Positions 37,701-52,265 are shown, counted from the first letter of the whole stretch. The stretch: DNA of 63,942 bases, filler included, from Octopus bimaculoides (GCF_001194135.2; 4 parts of 3 records of this genome joined end to end with filler, not necessarily neighbours in it); one strand, 5' to 3'. The notes: generated from the letters alone by a model not told the origin. Numbers and translations are program-made.

Positions 37701-39709
37701 TAAACCCTGTTATAAATATGTTTCTAACATTAGGAATTGATTCCACCGAGGTTCACTTTGCTGTTCATCCTCTCGGACTTGATAAAATAAGCATCAGTAA
37801 AACAGTAGGGTCTGTGTAATCGACTTACGCTGTCCCCGGAAATTGCTGGCATTATAGCAAAAATTTGAAATTAATATTAAGACTTGATTGCACAATTGTG
37901 TGAATTGTATTACTAGGAATAAATTTTATATAAATTCTGAACAGTTAGAACTAATGTGACGTTGTCAGTATTGATGTGAAATTTCTCTTTTAGTATATGT
38001 TCCATTTACTATACCAAATATACAGTACTATTAATAATTTTGCTCTCTTATTGCAAGTACTGTTTATATTCTTTTCCTGATTTGTGTTATTACATTTTAG
38101 ATGACATTTTGGCCATGAGATAAAGATACCTGCCACTACCCACAAATTTTCATTTCAGTTTTTAATTATATCTCAACTTAGCTATTCTGTATTATTAACA
38201 CCCTGGTCAATGACGTCCTAAAATATAATACCAATACCATTCTTATATAATGGGTCTGGTGTGTGCTTACATCATATACATCAATTTCCCTGGCAAGCTA
38301 GCTGTCCAGTAGATATCATTACAAACACTGTTGTATTTATGGATATATTATATCTTTGTGACGACTGATCAAGCAGAAATAACCAACTGTTCTTTAATAC
38401 TGATTGCCTAGTCGTTAGATGGTGGTAGTTCCCAGATTTATTATTTTATTTTGTTACAAATTGTAGGTAATCATTAACGCTGTGTAGTTAAAATATGATG
38501 TGTTTTTGCCTTTAGTCCTGAGCGTTTGAACCTTTGTTAGCTTTAATGGTGTTTCATTTCCTCTCTGTGACGCTCTGTATGATATTGACCATGACGAGGA
38601 CATTATCTCCATTTTATTTTAGTAGTTTCTGAAGTTCCGTTTTGGATTTATCTTTTGTTATTTGAAAAGTTTCTCTATTGCTTTGATCTTATCTAAACAT
38701 TGATCGCTAGTCTACTTAGCTTCTAGTTTGTACTTTATTGTTTCCTTTTATATCCAGACTCATGCTGTCATATTATACAAATCAGACTACAGTTGCTCGG
38801 ATGTAAGTATTATTCCTGAGTCACTGTAGTTACGATGAAATAATTCGCTATTCTCATTTAAACATTTAAACTCTATACTTTTCTATGGGTGATATGTATA
38901 GAGTAATGATATCAGCTTAATATGAAAGAATCGGAATGTAATAATCTTCTAGTTTCCCAATCCTCACTCTTCCATTCACTTACTGTCCATATATTATATG
39001 AAATCTGTAGTTTATTCATGTGATAGCAAATGTATGTATAGTTTGATTTTAAAAACGATACATATTAACGATAGAGGCAGTATTAATACTGAAATGTAAT
39101 ATTTGTCCCCGATTAACAGTGGATGTTCTGTTAGAACAAACTATGCAGCGCTAGATACCATAGGAGAAACACTCTTATTGGCTTTTGGTGTAAATTGACC
39201 TCTTTTTCATATCGATAATGGGGAGACGAATCTCCGCCATCTCCGGCGCTGAAACCTCGCTGCCACATGATTTCGATCTTCCTTGGTCGCATCAATGATA
39301 AACGCTCGACCGCTAGAGATAGCAGTGACTCTTCTCCCCGCCAACGATATATAGAAAAACAGTACTATCTGCAAATTATGTACATTAAGATTATTACAGA
39401 AATCCGACGTTTCTGAAACAATTGACGAGTTTTAAAATATTGCACTGTCTTTTTACTATTCTTTAATTTCATGTTCCATATAACTATAATACGGGTGTGT
39501 TTGTACGTGTATATATATATATATATATATNNNNNNNNNNNNNNNNNNNNNNNNNNNNNNNNNNNNNNNNNNNNNNNNNNNNNNNNNNNNNNNNNNNNNN
39601 NNNNNNNNNNNNNNNNNNNNNNNNNNNNNNNNNNNNNNNNNNNNNNNNNNNNNNNNNNNNNNNNNNNNNNNNNNNNNNNNNNNNNNNNNNNNNNNNATAT
39701 ATATTATAC

Positions 39710-39920
39710 TTTTACTTGTTTCAGTCATTTGACTGCGGCCATGTTGGAGCACCGCTTTAAAGAGATTTAGTTGAAGAAATCGACCCCAGTACTTATTCTT
39801 TGTAAGCCTAGCACTTATCCTATAGGTTTTTTGGCCGAACCACTTGTTTATGGGGACACAAACACACCAGAATCAGTTGTCAGGCAGTGGAAATGGGGAG
39901 AAGCACATTCACACAAACAC
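39710..39920 (-). mobile_element. SINE family B, 3' portion
   Basis: TTTACTTGTTTCAGTCATTTGACTGCGGCCATG..AAATCGACCCCAGTAC. Confidence 0.8.
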
Positions 39921-39935
39921 ACACACACGCACACA

Positions 39936-39991
<56 letters not shown>

Positions 39992-41883
39992 CACACACAC
40001 TATGTATGTATGTGTCTATCTATCTGTCTATCTATCTATTTATGTAACTATTTAGCTATCTATCTAATCTATCTAATCTATTTTTCTATCCCTCAATGTA
40101 TGTATGTATGTAGGTAGGTATGTATGCATGTATGTATGTATGTATCTATCTATCTATCTATCTTCAAAATATTGAAACAGCAATTTGACATTTTGACGTA
40201 AAAAGTCACGGCAATATCTAGTTGAATTTATGAAAATTATTGTAACAGATGACGGGCATTGTTTTTAGAATAATACAGCGTCGTTCATAATGTTTCAGAA
40301 AATATGGTAGGTATCGAAATAATGGCAGCGTATATCGATCTCTGTTCAAGAAGTGCCCACCACCAAAATATTGTTACAACCATTACTATATGTAATTTTG
40401 AAAATATAAAATTCACATAAAGAAACAATGACTTCTTAAACAGACTGCATTCCGTGACTTAAGAAATTCAGACTAAATATCCATCTATGTCCAGAAGACA
40501 TTCTAATGTCACGGGATAATTCTATTACCAACTACTTAAGCATGGACTGCAATACAGTCTGCTAAACATCTAAGAATAGAAAATCATATCCAAATTAGAT
40601 ATCGACGATAGAACGGAATATTTTACAATGGATACAGTATGCAACTATATTTTACTTTTCAAGATCATAAACCAACATTGAAACAGAAATCTTCCATTCT
40701 CCTGGCGAAATTTAAAAAAAAAGAGTAATTATCTGTAAATTCAGTGCAAAATTATGAAATTGAATAATTCTAAAGAATAAAACTTGCATCCCCACCATCA
40801 CGCAAGATGGCAGAATGAAGTAAAAGCCTATGAAAGATGTTACAATATGATACATGGGAATATCCACCGATCACTTTGCTTCTGAGTGCCCTATCAAGAA
40901 TGTGGAGGAGATAAACGTTTGCTTGCTTTCACAAGTAGCTATGCAACACCGTATCTATTTATAAATAGTACATAATTGAGGCTACTTTTGGATTGTAGTA
41001 TCGTTGGCCACAACATTGCTGAAATCATTGACTTACTGCCTCTGACTTTTCCTTTTTTCGTTCATTAGTACCTTTTTTCCTTCCTTTCTTTCTGTCTGTC
41101 TTTCTTTCATTCATTCTTTTATCTTCTCTTTCTTTCTCTTTCTCTTTCTTACGCACAGACACAAACATCATCCCCACACACACTGACACACATACACAAA
41201 CACACTGAGTCACACACACATTCACATACACACTACCTTTGAATAGGTACAGTTTGTCACATATGGCATTAAACGAGTTGATGTCCTGGTTTTCTTGTGA
41301 ATATTCATAATTTTATTGAGTCATCAACGTTCAGTTTTTTAAACCAATATTTACATGCTGTTATTGCTTACGTTTTTATACACATACACTCACACACTCA
41401 CACATACACGCGCACACACACATTGACACAGTTATATATATATACATATATATATATAAAGTGTAGTATATTGCCACTTAAGTGTGGCTGACCCCTAGGG
41501 GTGGATGTTACTGTTGCTTTTAGCCCCAGGAGGACATCTCCTCCAGCTGGCTTATCGACACACGACTGTGTCCTGTTTGCCAAGGGAGTTATCCCTCTGA
41601 CCGCGACCAGCAGCACGAACGTATCCGGATTTCAGGGTTATTTCCCTTCGTCGGCGTTCGACAGCTGATGACCTTGGTGAGAGAGACAAATCTGGCAAAT
41701 CTTATATCTTCTTTTCCAGTGACATTCTTCACTGATATTGAAAAGGTGAAAACAAGCAATGTTAATTCTCTAAATGAAGTATTNNNNNNNNNNNNNNNNN
41801 NNNNNNNNNNNNNNNNNNNNNNNNNNNTTAATTAATTAANNNNNNNNNNNNNNNNNNNNNNNNNNNNNNNNNNNNNNNNNNNN

Positions 41884-41932
<49 letters not shown>

Positions 41933-42977
41933 GGAGTGTGACTGGAGAATAAAGAAGTGAGGAAGTAGAGAAAGAGTTATAAGGCCAAATGCGTCACGTG
42001 GCTAGTCGAAAGGAGAGGCGAGGACCGAGAGAAAAAGACCGTGAGGGAAAAGAGGGTGAAAGGTAAGGAGAAAGAGATATGTTTAGGATACAGAGGGTAA
42101 TTGTCTGGTGGTGTGGTTAAAGAACGGATGATAACGAAAGATGGGCAGGGGAGGCAGTTACATTAAGAGAGAGAGAGAGAGAAAGAGATAGAAAGAGAGA
42201 GGCAGTTAGTGGAAGTCAGAGATAAAGAGAAAGAGAGAAAAGTTAAAGACATGAAAACGGGAATTACATGGTTAAAAAGTTTGTTGAAGAGGTAGAAAGA
42301 ATGAGAGAAATATAAAGTGCTTATTAGAAGGAAATTTTAAAATATATATTATTATGACTGAAAGTGAAACACTTAGTGAAATAAAAAAGAAAAAATGCAA
42401 GTCGTCCTTTCTTTCTTAAATAGCTTTTCTTAATATTTTTCGTTCTGTGGAATTCCCACGAGTCCCACTAGTATATATATAAATACATTATTTAGTTTAG
42501 GCCTTTAATAATTTGAACACACATTTTGATTGGTTTAACGATTTCATTCAGAAGCAAGTCTGCAAAATTAATAATTTTAAATGCGAAAATCCACTCACGA
42601 AATACGAGTTATTAATTTCCATATCACTTTCGTCATTTTACTTGTTTCGGTCATTTGACTGCAGTCATGCTGGAGTACCACCTTAAAGGGTTTTAGTCGA
42701 AGAAATCAACCCAAGACGCATTCTTTGTGCAGTTCCAGCAAAATATGTCCTTGGAGAATCGAAGTTAGAATGAATACGTTAGTGAGTGGTTTTGCTATAT
42801 TCGTGGTTAATATATTAAAGTGTTACTTCTGAGGAGGTCTTTATATGTAACACAAGGTATAATTAACTAATATAATTAAAGAGAAGATAAAAGATATTTC
42901 TTTTTGTAATTATTATTTGTCGACAAAGATTGCTTTCTGGATAGAATGATTCTAGTTAAAAAATATACGACAAAATG

Positions 42978-43012
<35 letters not shown>

Positions 43013-43534
43013 AGAAAAGAAAATACCAACAAAATACTTAAGCGTAACTAAATTTCAGATTAACATGACAAAGCAAAAGTATTCAACTTCGAAGTTACTT
43101 TTACATTTTCATAATGTATTCTTAAAATAACGCAGGTGTAAATTGATGTTGCTTATGCTTACTAAATGTTACTGATATGAATTAAAAATGCGTATGCATA
43201 TATCACAATATTATTTCATTGGTCTGTGATATTAAAACAATATGCCTTTAATATCACTGTCAAATAAAAGACAGTAAATCACTGAATAAATATTTCTAAA
43301 TTTGTTATCATCCCTCCTCTTTTCTTTTGAAAATACAATTACTTTTCTGAAAACTCTTCATATATGTTTCTTAACACAGTATATTTGAACGGATTGTTAT
43401 CCATTTATTTATTTAATTGCTTTTGAAATTTGGTGAAAATGTACTTACTTTGAAACCTATGTGGATTTAGATAAAATTTTATATTAGAAGTGCATACGAG
43501 ATCCTCAGATTTATATCGCAGTTTGATCCATTAT

Positions 43535-44050
43535 ATCGTGAAGATTTTACCATGACTATAAAAGATTTGATTTTCAATCCCTTTAAATGAAATCGTGACA
43601 AAAGAACATAATTATGATTCAAATTCCAGATAATTATAAACATTATTCTTATCCAGATGCGAAGGTTAGAGTATTGGAGCTGTCATATTTCCCTAAAGTA
43701 ATATAGTGAAAGGTCATGTATCTTAGAACAAACAAAAGATTAAATTGTAAAATGGCTGACAGTGAAAAAAAAGGTCATAGAGGAAATAACAATTTATGAT
43801 TAAAGGCAGGTTTGTAACTCATTGTGATAAAGTCCATTAACTTGAAAGAATGCACAGTGAACACGAATGACTTTAGGCGCTGAGCTTGTGTGTAGTTTTA
43901 TGAAGATTATTTCATAAAGATTTCACAGTTACCACATTAACAATTAATTTTAAAGATTCGGCCAAATGTAGTTGGAGGCAATCTCTTAAAAGTGCTTTTG
44001 TATAGTGGTTTGTTGAAAATTTACGAATCAGCGTATGGGTATACCCACAA
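43535..44050. repeat. ~500-bp segment duplicated at 49090-49590
   Basis: Collinear shared blocks ATCCAGATGC.AAGG, GGAGCTGTCA, TAGAACAAACAAAAG, AAGTCCATTAA, CAC.GTTACCA.ATTAACAAT, GGAGGCAA. Confidence 0.8.
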
Positions 44051-44187
44051 GCATACACACACAAACATACGCACGCACACCCACCCACGTGCACACATAC
44101 ACACACACTCACTTACACGCACGCGCCCACACATGCACGCGCCCACACACGCACGTACACACACACAAACACACAAGTATACTGATA

Positions 44188-44965
44188 CGAGGGGTACCCA
44201 AAAGAAACGGGAATTTTTTCAATATTATTCTATTCACATTTACATGTTTACACTTTTATCGCCTTGAAACTATTTTCCATTTGAAGCAATGCATAGGTCC
44301 AGGCGTGTTTTCCACTATTCGAAGCAATGCTAGAACTCCTGCGAAGTGATGCCTTTTAACGCCTCCGTCTTTTTTTTTCTTCACCACTTCCACATCTGCA
44401 AATTCCGTAGCACCACCTTTCGTCACCAATGATGACCTTCGAAAAAAGATCCGGATCAATTTCCAGCTGTTATTTCAGTTTACGACAAGCATTCAGTCGT
44501 GACTACTTTTTACACTAGTCACAGCAACAAGTTCGTCAATTTTCGGTGATAGTGATCGAGGATCAGTTCACCAATTTTCAAGATGTTTTCATTCGTTCGG
44601 GAGATCGACGGACAACCTGAACGAGGTTGGTCTTCAAACGATAAGTGACCATTCTTAAAATGTGAAAACCACTGGTCGTCTTGTGGTTTCTTCATAGCAG
44701 AGTTCTTGTAAACGTTTTGAACTATAAGAACAATTTCGGTGGCCGTTTTACCCATCACAAAACAGAATTTCATGGAAGCACGCTTTTCCTTTGAAAAATC
44801 GACGAACTTGGGAGAAGCACAGCAAAACAAAGATTCACACTTGACAGTAGGACTTCATTGGACAATGCCTGAGGGTTGCAACAAGTGGCTTCTTGCGGCG
44901 GAAGCATGAACTACACACAGGCTTTCCTACAGAGAACGCGTCCGGTTACTGTTGGGTACGTCCTC

Positions 44966-44966
<1 letters not shown>
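44188..44966 (-). mobile_element. Internally deleted mariner
   Basis: TIRs TA|CGAGGGGTACCCAAAAGAAACGG and CCGGTTACTGTTGGGTACGTCCTCG; N-terminal HTH RASMKFCF..GKTATE..WFSHFKNG..EDQPRSG; GDERWCYG; C-terminal CIASNG. Confidence 0.85.
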
Positions 44967-45064
<98 letters not shown>

Positions 45065-45090
45065 TATATATACATAAATACATGCATACG

Positions 45091-46150
45091 TACAAGGTGC
45101 ATTCCAGATATGAAAATTATTTAAGGAGTGGTCGTTATAATTATCCTAGTTTATTGTAATTTCAGCAAATCATTACTATACATTTAATAAGCTGGACTAC
45201 AAATTTTTTATCCTAGACAGGAGGAAACGGCTGTTCCAGCATTTTTAACACATGCTACTAAACACTGTTTGGTACAGAATACAATTGGCGTAGTTTGGAA
45301 GCTCGCTATGGAATACAATTTTGTGTTAAATTGGGCAAAAATGTTACAGAAACTTATGAAATGCATCGAACCAACATCTTGTCAAATGGGAGACAATATA
45401 AATACATTTACACACATGCAGGACAGGCTTCTTTCAGTTTTCGTATGCTAAAACCACTTACAAGGCTTTAGTCCTTCGGAAACTATAATAGAAGACTCTT
45501 GCCCTACAATGCCGTAGTAGAAAACCCGAAACTACGTTGCTAGAGAGCACACTTCTTATTTCGTTACTGCCCACAATGTTTCGAGTGACACGGGCGCTTC
45601 AAAAGTAGAAGAAAGTCTCTCGAAGACGATGAACGATCTGGGGGACCTGCCATGAGCGCTACCACAGGAAATGTGGTATTGTGCATCGACATTTTGACCA
45701 AGAGAGTCAGTCGAGAGTTTGAAGCGTTTGAGGGAGGACATTCAGGAAAAGCGCCCGGATCTGTGGAGTGCGAAGAATTGGAACCTTTAGAACGACGATG
45801 CACCCTGTCACCAAGTTCTCCTCACTCGTGAGCTTTTCTCTAAAAACAAGATGGTACCGCTCCCGCATCTCCCCTATTCGACAGAGTTAGCAAATGCGGA
45901 CTTCCCTCTGTTCTCCACAAAGAAAATGCAACTCATAGTTCGCCATTTAATACCTTTATCGAATCGCAGAAGATCCTCGACTCGCTTACGGAAAATGACT
46001 TCCAGGCCGGATTCCAAATGTGGCAGGAACACTGGGAACGGTGTATTGCTGCACAAGGTGACTATTTTGAAAGCGATGATGTTAAAAGTTGGGCATATAA
46101 GTTATACTTTATTAAACATAATTAGTCCAGGAAAATTTTGACGCCACCGC
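45091..46150 (+). mobile_element. Deleted mariner relic interrupted by a SINE family B head (45400-45560)
   Basis: IQFCVKLGKNVTETYEM, EDDERSG, KRPDLW, DAPCH..PHLPYSTELANADF, WERCIAAQGDYFE. Confidence 0.8.
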
Positions 46151-46244
46151 CTATGCTCACTTTTCTTAATTAACAAGTTATCCGATAAAGCAAGTTCCCT
46201 TTCATCTATTTCCATTATGGATTGCACCGATTCATGGATGCTAT

Positions 46245-46540
46245 TTATTGATCGAAGGAATATAGTAAAGTCGTCCTTATTTTCGTTCCAAAATGTGCAG
46301 CCGTCACCAAGGAAACTTTTTCAGATTTTCTTTTAAATAAGAGTGGAAATGCTGTTCGAAAGTACCCACGGATAAACCTTAGATTAGTTTCTTCTAGAAA
46401 TCTTACTTTTAGTGTTCCTAATATGTGTGCAACTATCTTACCCATTGCCATCCTTTTTATCTGAAGATTGTATTGGTTATCAAAGTAGAAGTAACCATTT
46501 TCTATAGAATCAGTCGTAATTCTTCTAGTTGAAATTCCTT
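46245..46540 (-). mobile_element. Penelope-like RT fragment
   Basis: ENGYFYFDNQYNLQIKRMAMG..LEE matches the PLE RT motif NNYF.F....Y.Q..G.AMG. Confidence 0.7.
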
Positions 46541-46906
46541 TGGGAATCCTTCTGAATTCCGTATCATATATAAGATGTATTGTTATTTGTGTGAACATAT
46601 ATATATATATGTANNNNNNNNNNNNNNNNNNNNNNNNNNNNNNNNNNNNNNNNNNNNNNNNNNNNNNNNNNNNNNNNNNNNNNNNNNNNNNNNNNNNNNN
46701 NNNNNNNNNNNNNNNNNNNNNNNNNNNNNNNNNNNNNNNNNNNNNNNNNNNNNNNNNNNNNNNNNNNNNNNNNNNNNNNNNNNNNNNNNNNNNNNNNNNN
46801 CATCAATTTATTTGGAGAAATTTCATTCAGTATAACATCATATTCTTCACACCTACAGCTATTTCCATACCCAATTCCTATTTCGCACATAATATTTGTC
46901 TGTCTG

Positions 46907-47004
<98 letters not shown>

Positions 47005-47149
47005 CGTACGTATGTAGGCATGAATATAGTATGTATGTATGCACGTATGTATGTATGTATGTATGTATGTATATAAATGTGATGTGTATATGTAAATGTG
47101 ATGTGTGTATGTGTGCGAGCGTGTGCGTGCGTGTGCTTTGGCTTTTTTG

Positions 47150-48400
47150 TATGTTTCTTTAGTTTAGCAAATCTCTTCCACGAAGCTAATCTAGTTCTTA
47201 TAAGCACGGTCTCCATTTCGAATCAATCAAACAGACCCATAAAATCACACCATAAGCCATCCAGAATTTATAGAAATTATGAATCTCCTCTTCGTGACCA
47301 ATCCAATGTAACAAAACTAGAAAGCGGGAAATCCTATGGTACACACTGCCCTTTTCTCTTCAGGTTAAATCTTTACCTAAACTATTTTTTAAAATTCTGA
47401 TATCTAACTGTCCCCAGCATCATAGATACCACTTTATCTTTAACAAATCATCAGTCACATTGTCTTACTCCACCACACCAAACTTAGGATTTATTATAGC
47501 CTCTATTAATAGATGTAAAATCCAACTTCAAACTAATACACAGTAAAACCCTTATACAGCACCCCATATTAGTCCAACAAATAGCAACGCAACCAATATA
47601 AATAGTAGAACAAAAAGGAAAACCTGTAATTGTCCTATACCTGATGTATTCCCGCTTCGGGGCATTTGTCTGCGTAAAAATGTGGTTTATAAATGTCGTG
47701 TAGAAACACCAGTTAAACACCAAACAAAGAGGTATATAGGCAATACCATACACTTTAGAGGTCGATATGAAACTCACATGAATTCTTTCACTAAGACAAA
47801 CTCCAAATTCTCGACATCATTAGCCACACACATACATGATCTTAAATCATAAAATATACAATATACACTGGCTTGGTCCATAATAAAAGAAGCTCAAAAT
47901 TATAATACATTATAGGCAAATGCAAATTATGCTTAAAAGAATCATTAAACTACACAGCTCATCAGTATTAAATAAATTTCCCCACGCTATCTACTCTTTT
48001 ACACGTAGGTTTCACTCCTCGGATAGAGTTAAGAACCAGCTTCCACATTCATGGTACCATTTCTGAAAAATAAAACAATACTCCCCTTCTCTTACCCTCT
48101 ACCTGTACAACCATCAGCAGCCTTATCTTATCATGCATTGTAGCTCCTCCTCCAACCACCCAAAAACACTTGCACTCCCGGTTCTTTTGCATATAGCTCT
48201 ACGAAAACACTCAGTAGGTAATTCCCATTAGGAAAAAGGCAGTATATGTGAGCCTATTTAGAAATTTATTTTTCCCTGATGGAAGAGGTAGTGTCCAATA
48301 ACAGATGTAAATATCTTTTATATTACTGGAAAATCAACCTCCCAGAAACGGCCGTAGGATTATTAACTGGATTATTAACACACAAACATTTTATCTTATA
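47150..48400 (+). mobile_element. Penelope-like element 3' half with GIY-YIG domain and terminal hammerhead-like motif
   Basis: IFNKSSVTLSYSTTPN, CNC..PLRGICLRKNVVYKC..RYIG, TSLATHIHDLK, CKLCLKE; CTGATGG..GAGGT/ACCTC..GAAACGGCCGTA at 48276-48356. Confidence 0.8.
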
Positions 48401-48762
48401 GACTCATAATTCTTTTGATGATTTCGTTTTATAATCTGTAAGTCGACTCATATATGTATTTATTTTTTCAATATATTTTTAATATATATATCTATATATT
48501 TATATATTTTCTATATGTATACTTTTAATGTAATGATTACTCATATATCTTTATATATATATATTTAAATATCTATATATTTTTTATATATCTATATATA
48601 TTTTTTACATATCTATATCTATATATATATTTTATATATCTATATTTTTATATATCTAATATGTTTGATGTATTACTTTTAGAGAAATCCATGCATGTTG
48701 GGTTTAGGGCTGAATCAATGTATATGTGAACTTGATTTGCCTAACTTTGATTCTTATTCTAC

Positions 48763-48810
<48 letters not shown>

Positions 48811-49089
48811 TATACATATATATGTCTGTGTATATATGTATGTATGTATAGATATACACATATAAAAGTATGCAAACACACACAAACAAGCATACACATA
48901 TGTATATATGTATATATCGCAAATATTGCATATAACCTCATTGTGCTTATAGAACTTAGTGTTAACTCATTTGCTTTGAATTTGCCTGGATTTAAGCAAA
49001 AGAAAAAAAGCCCCCCCCACAAGATACCAAATTACATTTGAAATATATACCTGATTATTATTCAAGTCATATTGTATTTTGACATATTA

Positions 49090-49590
49090 GTGTTAAGATT
49101 TCTCCATGTCAGCTAAAGGATTCATTTTCAATTCATTTTAAATGGAATCGCAACAAAAACAAATAATTATTCACATTCCAAACAAGTAATAGACGATATT
49201 ATCATCCAGATGCAAAGGCTAGTTAATCGGAGCTGTCACATTTTCCTGGAGATATCTAACGAAAGGTTATGTCTCCTAGAACAAACAAAAGGTTTACTCT
49301 GAAAATGTCTCACAATGAAAACTGCGCAGGAAGTAACAATCAATGCATAAAACCAAGTTCGTAATCCGTTAGGATGAAGTCCATTAATTGACAATATGCA
49401 TAGATAACACGTATCTCCCTGGGCATTGCGTTTATAAGTGGTTGCGTGAAGATTCTTTCACGGTTACCAAATTAACAATAGTTAATTTTTAAAGATATAG
49501 CAGCAGAATGCAGTCGGAGGCAAATTAAATCATTGAAAAATTTCGTTACTTACTTTTGTCGAGAATTCACAAATCACTGCATAGGTATTT
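49090..49590. repeat. Second copy of the 43535-44050 segment
   Basis: See 43535-44050. Confidence 0.8.
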
Positions 49591-49757
49591 AACGCACACA
49601 CATACACGTTCGTTTTTATCTAACTAGAGGAAACGTACTTAATACCTTATTAGATTTTAGCAGGTTGTTTAGACTGATCCTCAGACCGATTACTTAGGAC
49701 AAACCTAGATAAGCACACACACACACACACACGCATACACACACACATGCACTCACC

Positions 49758-49816
<59 letters not shown>

Positions 49817-49983
49817 TAAAACACATACTACTAGGTTGACTTGAATTTCAAGTTCCATCTTCAGTAGCTTATTCCAGTCGATATTATCAATGTATTTTAC
49901 TCTAGTATATAATCTAAATCCCACCATCAGTAAACGTTTTATCGTTTTCAACAAGTTGATTAACTTTATCAAACAACCAAATG

Positions 49984-50014
<31 letters not shown>

Positions 50015-50229
50015 TGAATGTATGTATATATTTATGTATGTATGTATGTATGTATATATGTATGAGCATTTACATTTAGAATGAAAAAATATGTAGAGGA
50101 ATCCAGAAATATTCAATTAAGACTTGTACTAGTGTATTTCGAAGTGAATACAACTGTGAAGAATACCTTGAAATATCTTGGATTAAAGTACTCTTTGATG
50201 GAAAGATGCCCTACGGTTTGAATCATACG

Positions 50230-50480
50230 TGTTCGGTAATGAACAGAGATTAGCAGTTTTTGCATCAAACTGACCATGAATTCGCAAGTGAGAAATCAAG
50301 TTCTGCTGCGACGTTTTGAAACGTTTGAGGGAGAACATTGGGCAAAAGCGACCGGATCTGTGGAGTGCTAAGAATTGAATTCTTCACAACGACAATGCAC
50401 CCTGTCACCAAGCTCTCCTCAGTCGTGAGTTTCTTCTTAAAAACAGCATGACGTCCCTTCTGCATCCGCCCTGTATAGTA
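50230..50480 (+). mobile_element. Mariner fragment
   Basis: LKRLRENIGQKRPDLWSAKN*ILHNDNAPCH..SLLHPP; homologous to 45720-45880. Confidence 0.75.
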
Positions 50481-50644
50481 GTGTAAGAATACAGTTACGG
50501 TTAGGGTTAGATAACTGTGGTTCAAAAATTCCAGTTGCTTTTAGCTCCTGAACAATTATCTCCGAATAGCATTCCACGCAGATTTTGAATACTTACATGC
50601 ATTAAAGCTTCTGTAACTCGGCTCAAGTTCAGATTTATACCAGT

Positions 50645-51000
50645 AATTATTGGTACACTAGCATATGTAACAAAACTCTCTCAGCACCAATCTTGAGGAA
50701 TTAGTAAACTCGAAATCAGAAAAGAGAAAGCTATTTAGAAGATTATAGACACAAGCCATTAACGGAACTGTCAAGATTTGTAAGGAGTTTAGGAAATGAG
50801 TACATAAATACATGTCTAGACGTACCTATATGACTATACATATGCAATACATTGCATACAGATCTGCATAGGCACCGAACCCAAATACTATCACTTATAC
50901 AGACATACATCCAAAACTATCCCTCAGATGTTGTTGAAATTCCAATGAAGGAGGCTTGGCTCTAGGTTAGAATTTGGTTATTTCGCCATTGGCAACAAAT
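50645..51000 (+). mobile_element. R4/Dong-like non-LTR element 3' end
   Basis: IGTLAYVTK..QAINGTVKICKEF*, then 3' UTR unit GTTGAAATTCCAATGAAGGAGG..CTAGGTTAGAA, upstream of an (ATGT)n/(TA)n tract. Confidence 0.6.
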
Positions 51001-51143
51001 CTATCAATAAACTTTATAACATAGATGCACGCATTCATACTTACACACCCACACAATATACATATATGTATGTGTGCATGTATGTATGTATGTATGTATG
51101 TATGTATGCATGTATACATATATATATGTTTATATATATATAA

Positions 51144-51213
<70 letters not shown>

Positions 51214-51355
51214 GCACACACACACATACACACGCACACACACACACACACACACACATACACACATATATATATATATTTATATATATACATACATATG
51301 TATACATATGTATATGTATATGTATACATATATATATATATACATATGTATATGT

Positions 51356-51391
<36 letters not shown>

Positions 51392-51876
51392 GTATATATA
51401 TAGGTATATGTGTATATGTACTTATATGTACATGCACACTCACATATACACATGCAAATATTTATAATATTAGTCAACGTGAAAGAGAGTGATCATATTC
51501 AGTTCATAGATTTCTTTCATAGGGCATCAGACATGATGTTTTAGAAGAATAGCACAAATACACACTATTCACTAGAATTAAAAAACATGACAGTAAATTT
51601 AATAATAATTCTCATATGCAAACAAACATTTTCAAAAAATGTATTTTATTATATTTACGAAATATAATTTAATCATAAGTCTACGGAAAACTTATACTTA
51701 AACAATAGAATCTATTATTGTACTTCTCTTGGATGGAACTTCAACTATTTCTGCGATATTTTAACTGCGCCACGGAATTTCAACTATTTCTGCAAGTGTA
51801 AAAATGATTAGAAAATATATTTCTAAGGAAATGAAATGTGGTTTCTATACTGCAAAATAAAAATTAGCATACCTAT

Positions 51877-51965
<89 letters not shown>

Positions 51966-52070
51966 NNNNNNNNNNNNNNNNNNNNNNNNNNNNNNNNNNN
52001 NNNNNNNNNTTAATTAATTAANNNNNNNNNNNNNNNNNNNNNNNNNNNNNNNNNNNNNNNNNNNNCATAC

Positions 52071-52084
<14 letters not shown>

Positions 52085-52107
<23 letters not shown>

Positions 52108-52265
52108 CGACGGGCTTCTTTCAGTTTCCGTCTACCAAATCCACTCACAAGGCTTTGGTCGGCCCGTGGCTATAGTAGAACACACTTGCGCAAGGTGCCA
52201 CGCAGTGGGACTGAACCCGGAACCATATGGTTGGTAGGCAAGCTACTTACCACACAGCCACTCCT
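52085..52265 (-). mobile_element. SINE family B head, CpG-intact copy
   Basis: ACGACGGGCTTCTTTCAGTTTCCGTCTACC..GGTCGGCCCG..ACCACACAGCCACTCCT. Confidence 0.85.

Noticed and set aside
37950-38800. Possible decayed RTE-like sequence on the minus strand
   Set aside because: No motif clear enough to support a call.
50967-51492. YI/HT/CV/MYVC-rich ORFs here and at 17.7, 58.3 and 61.9 kb
   Set aside because: Translations of (TA)n, (CA)n and (ATGT)n microsatellites.
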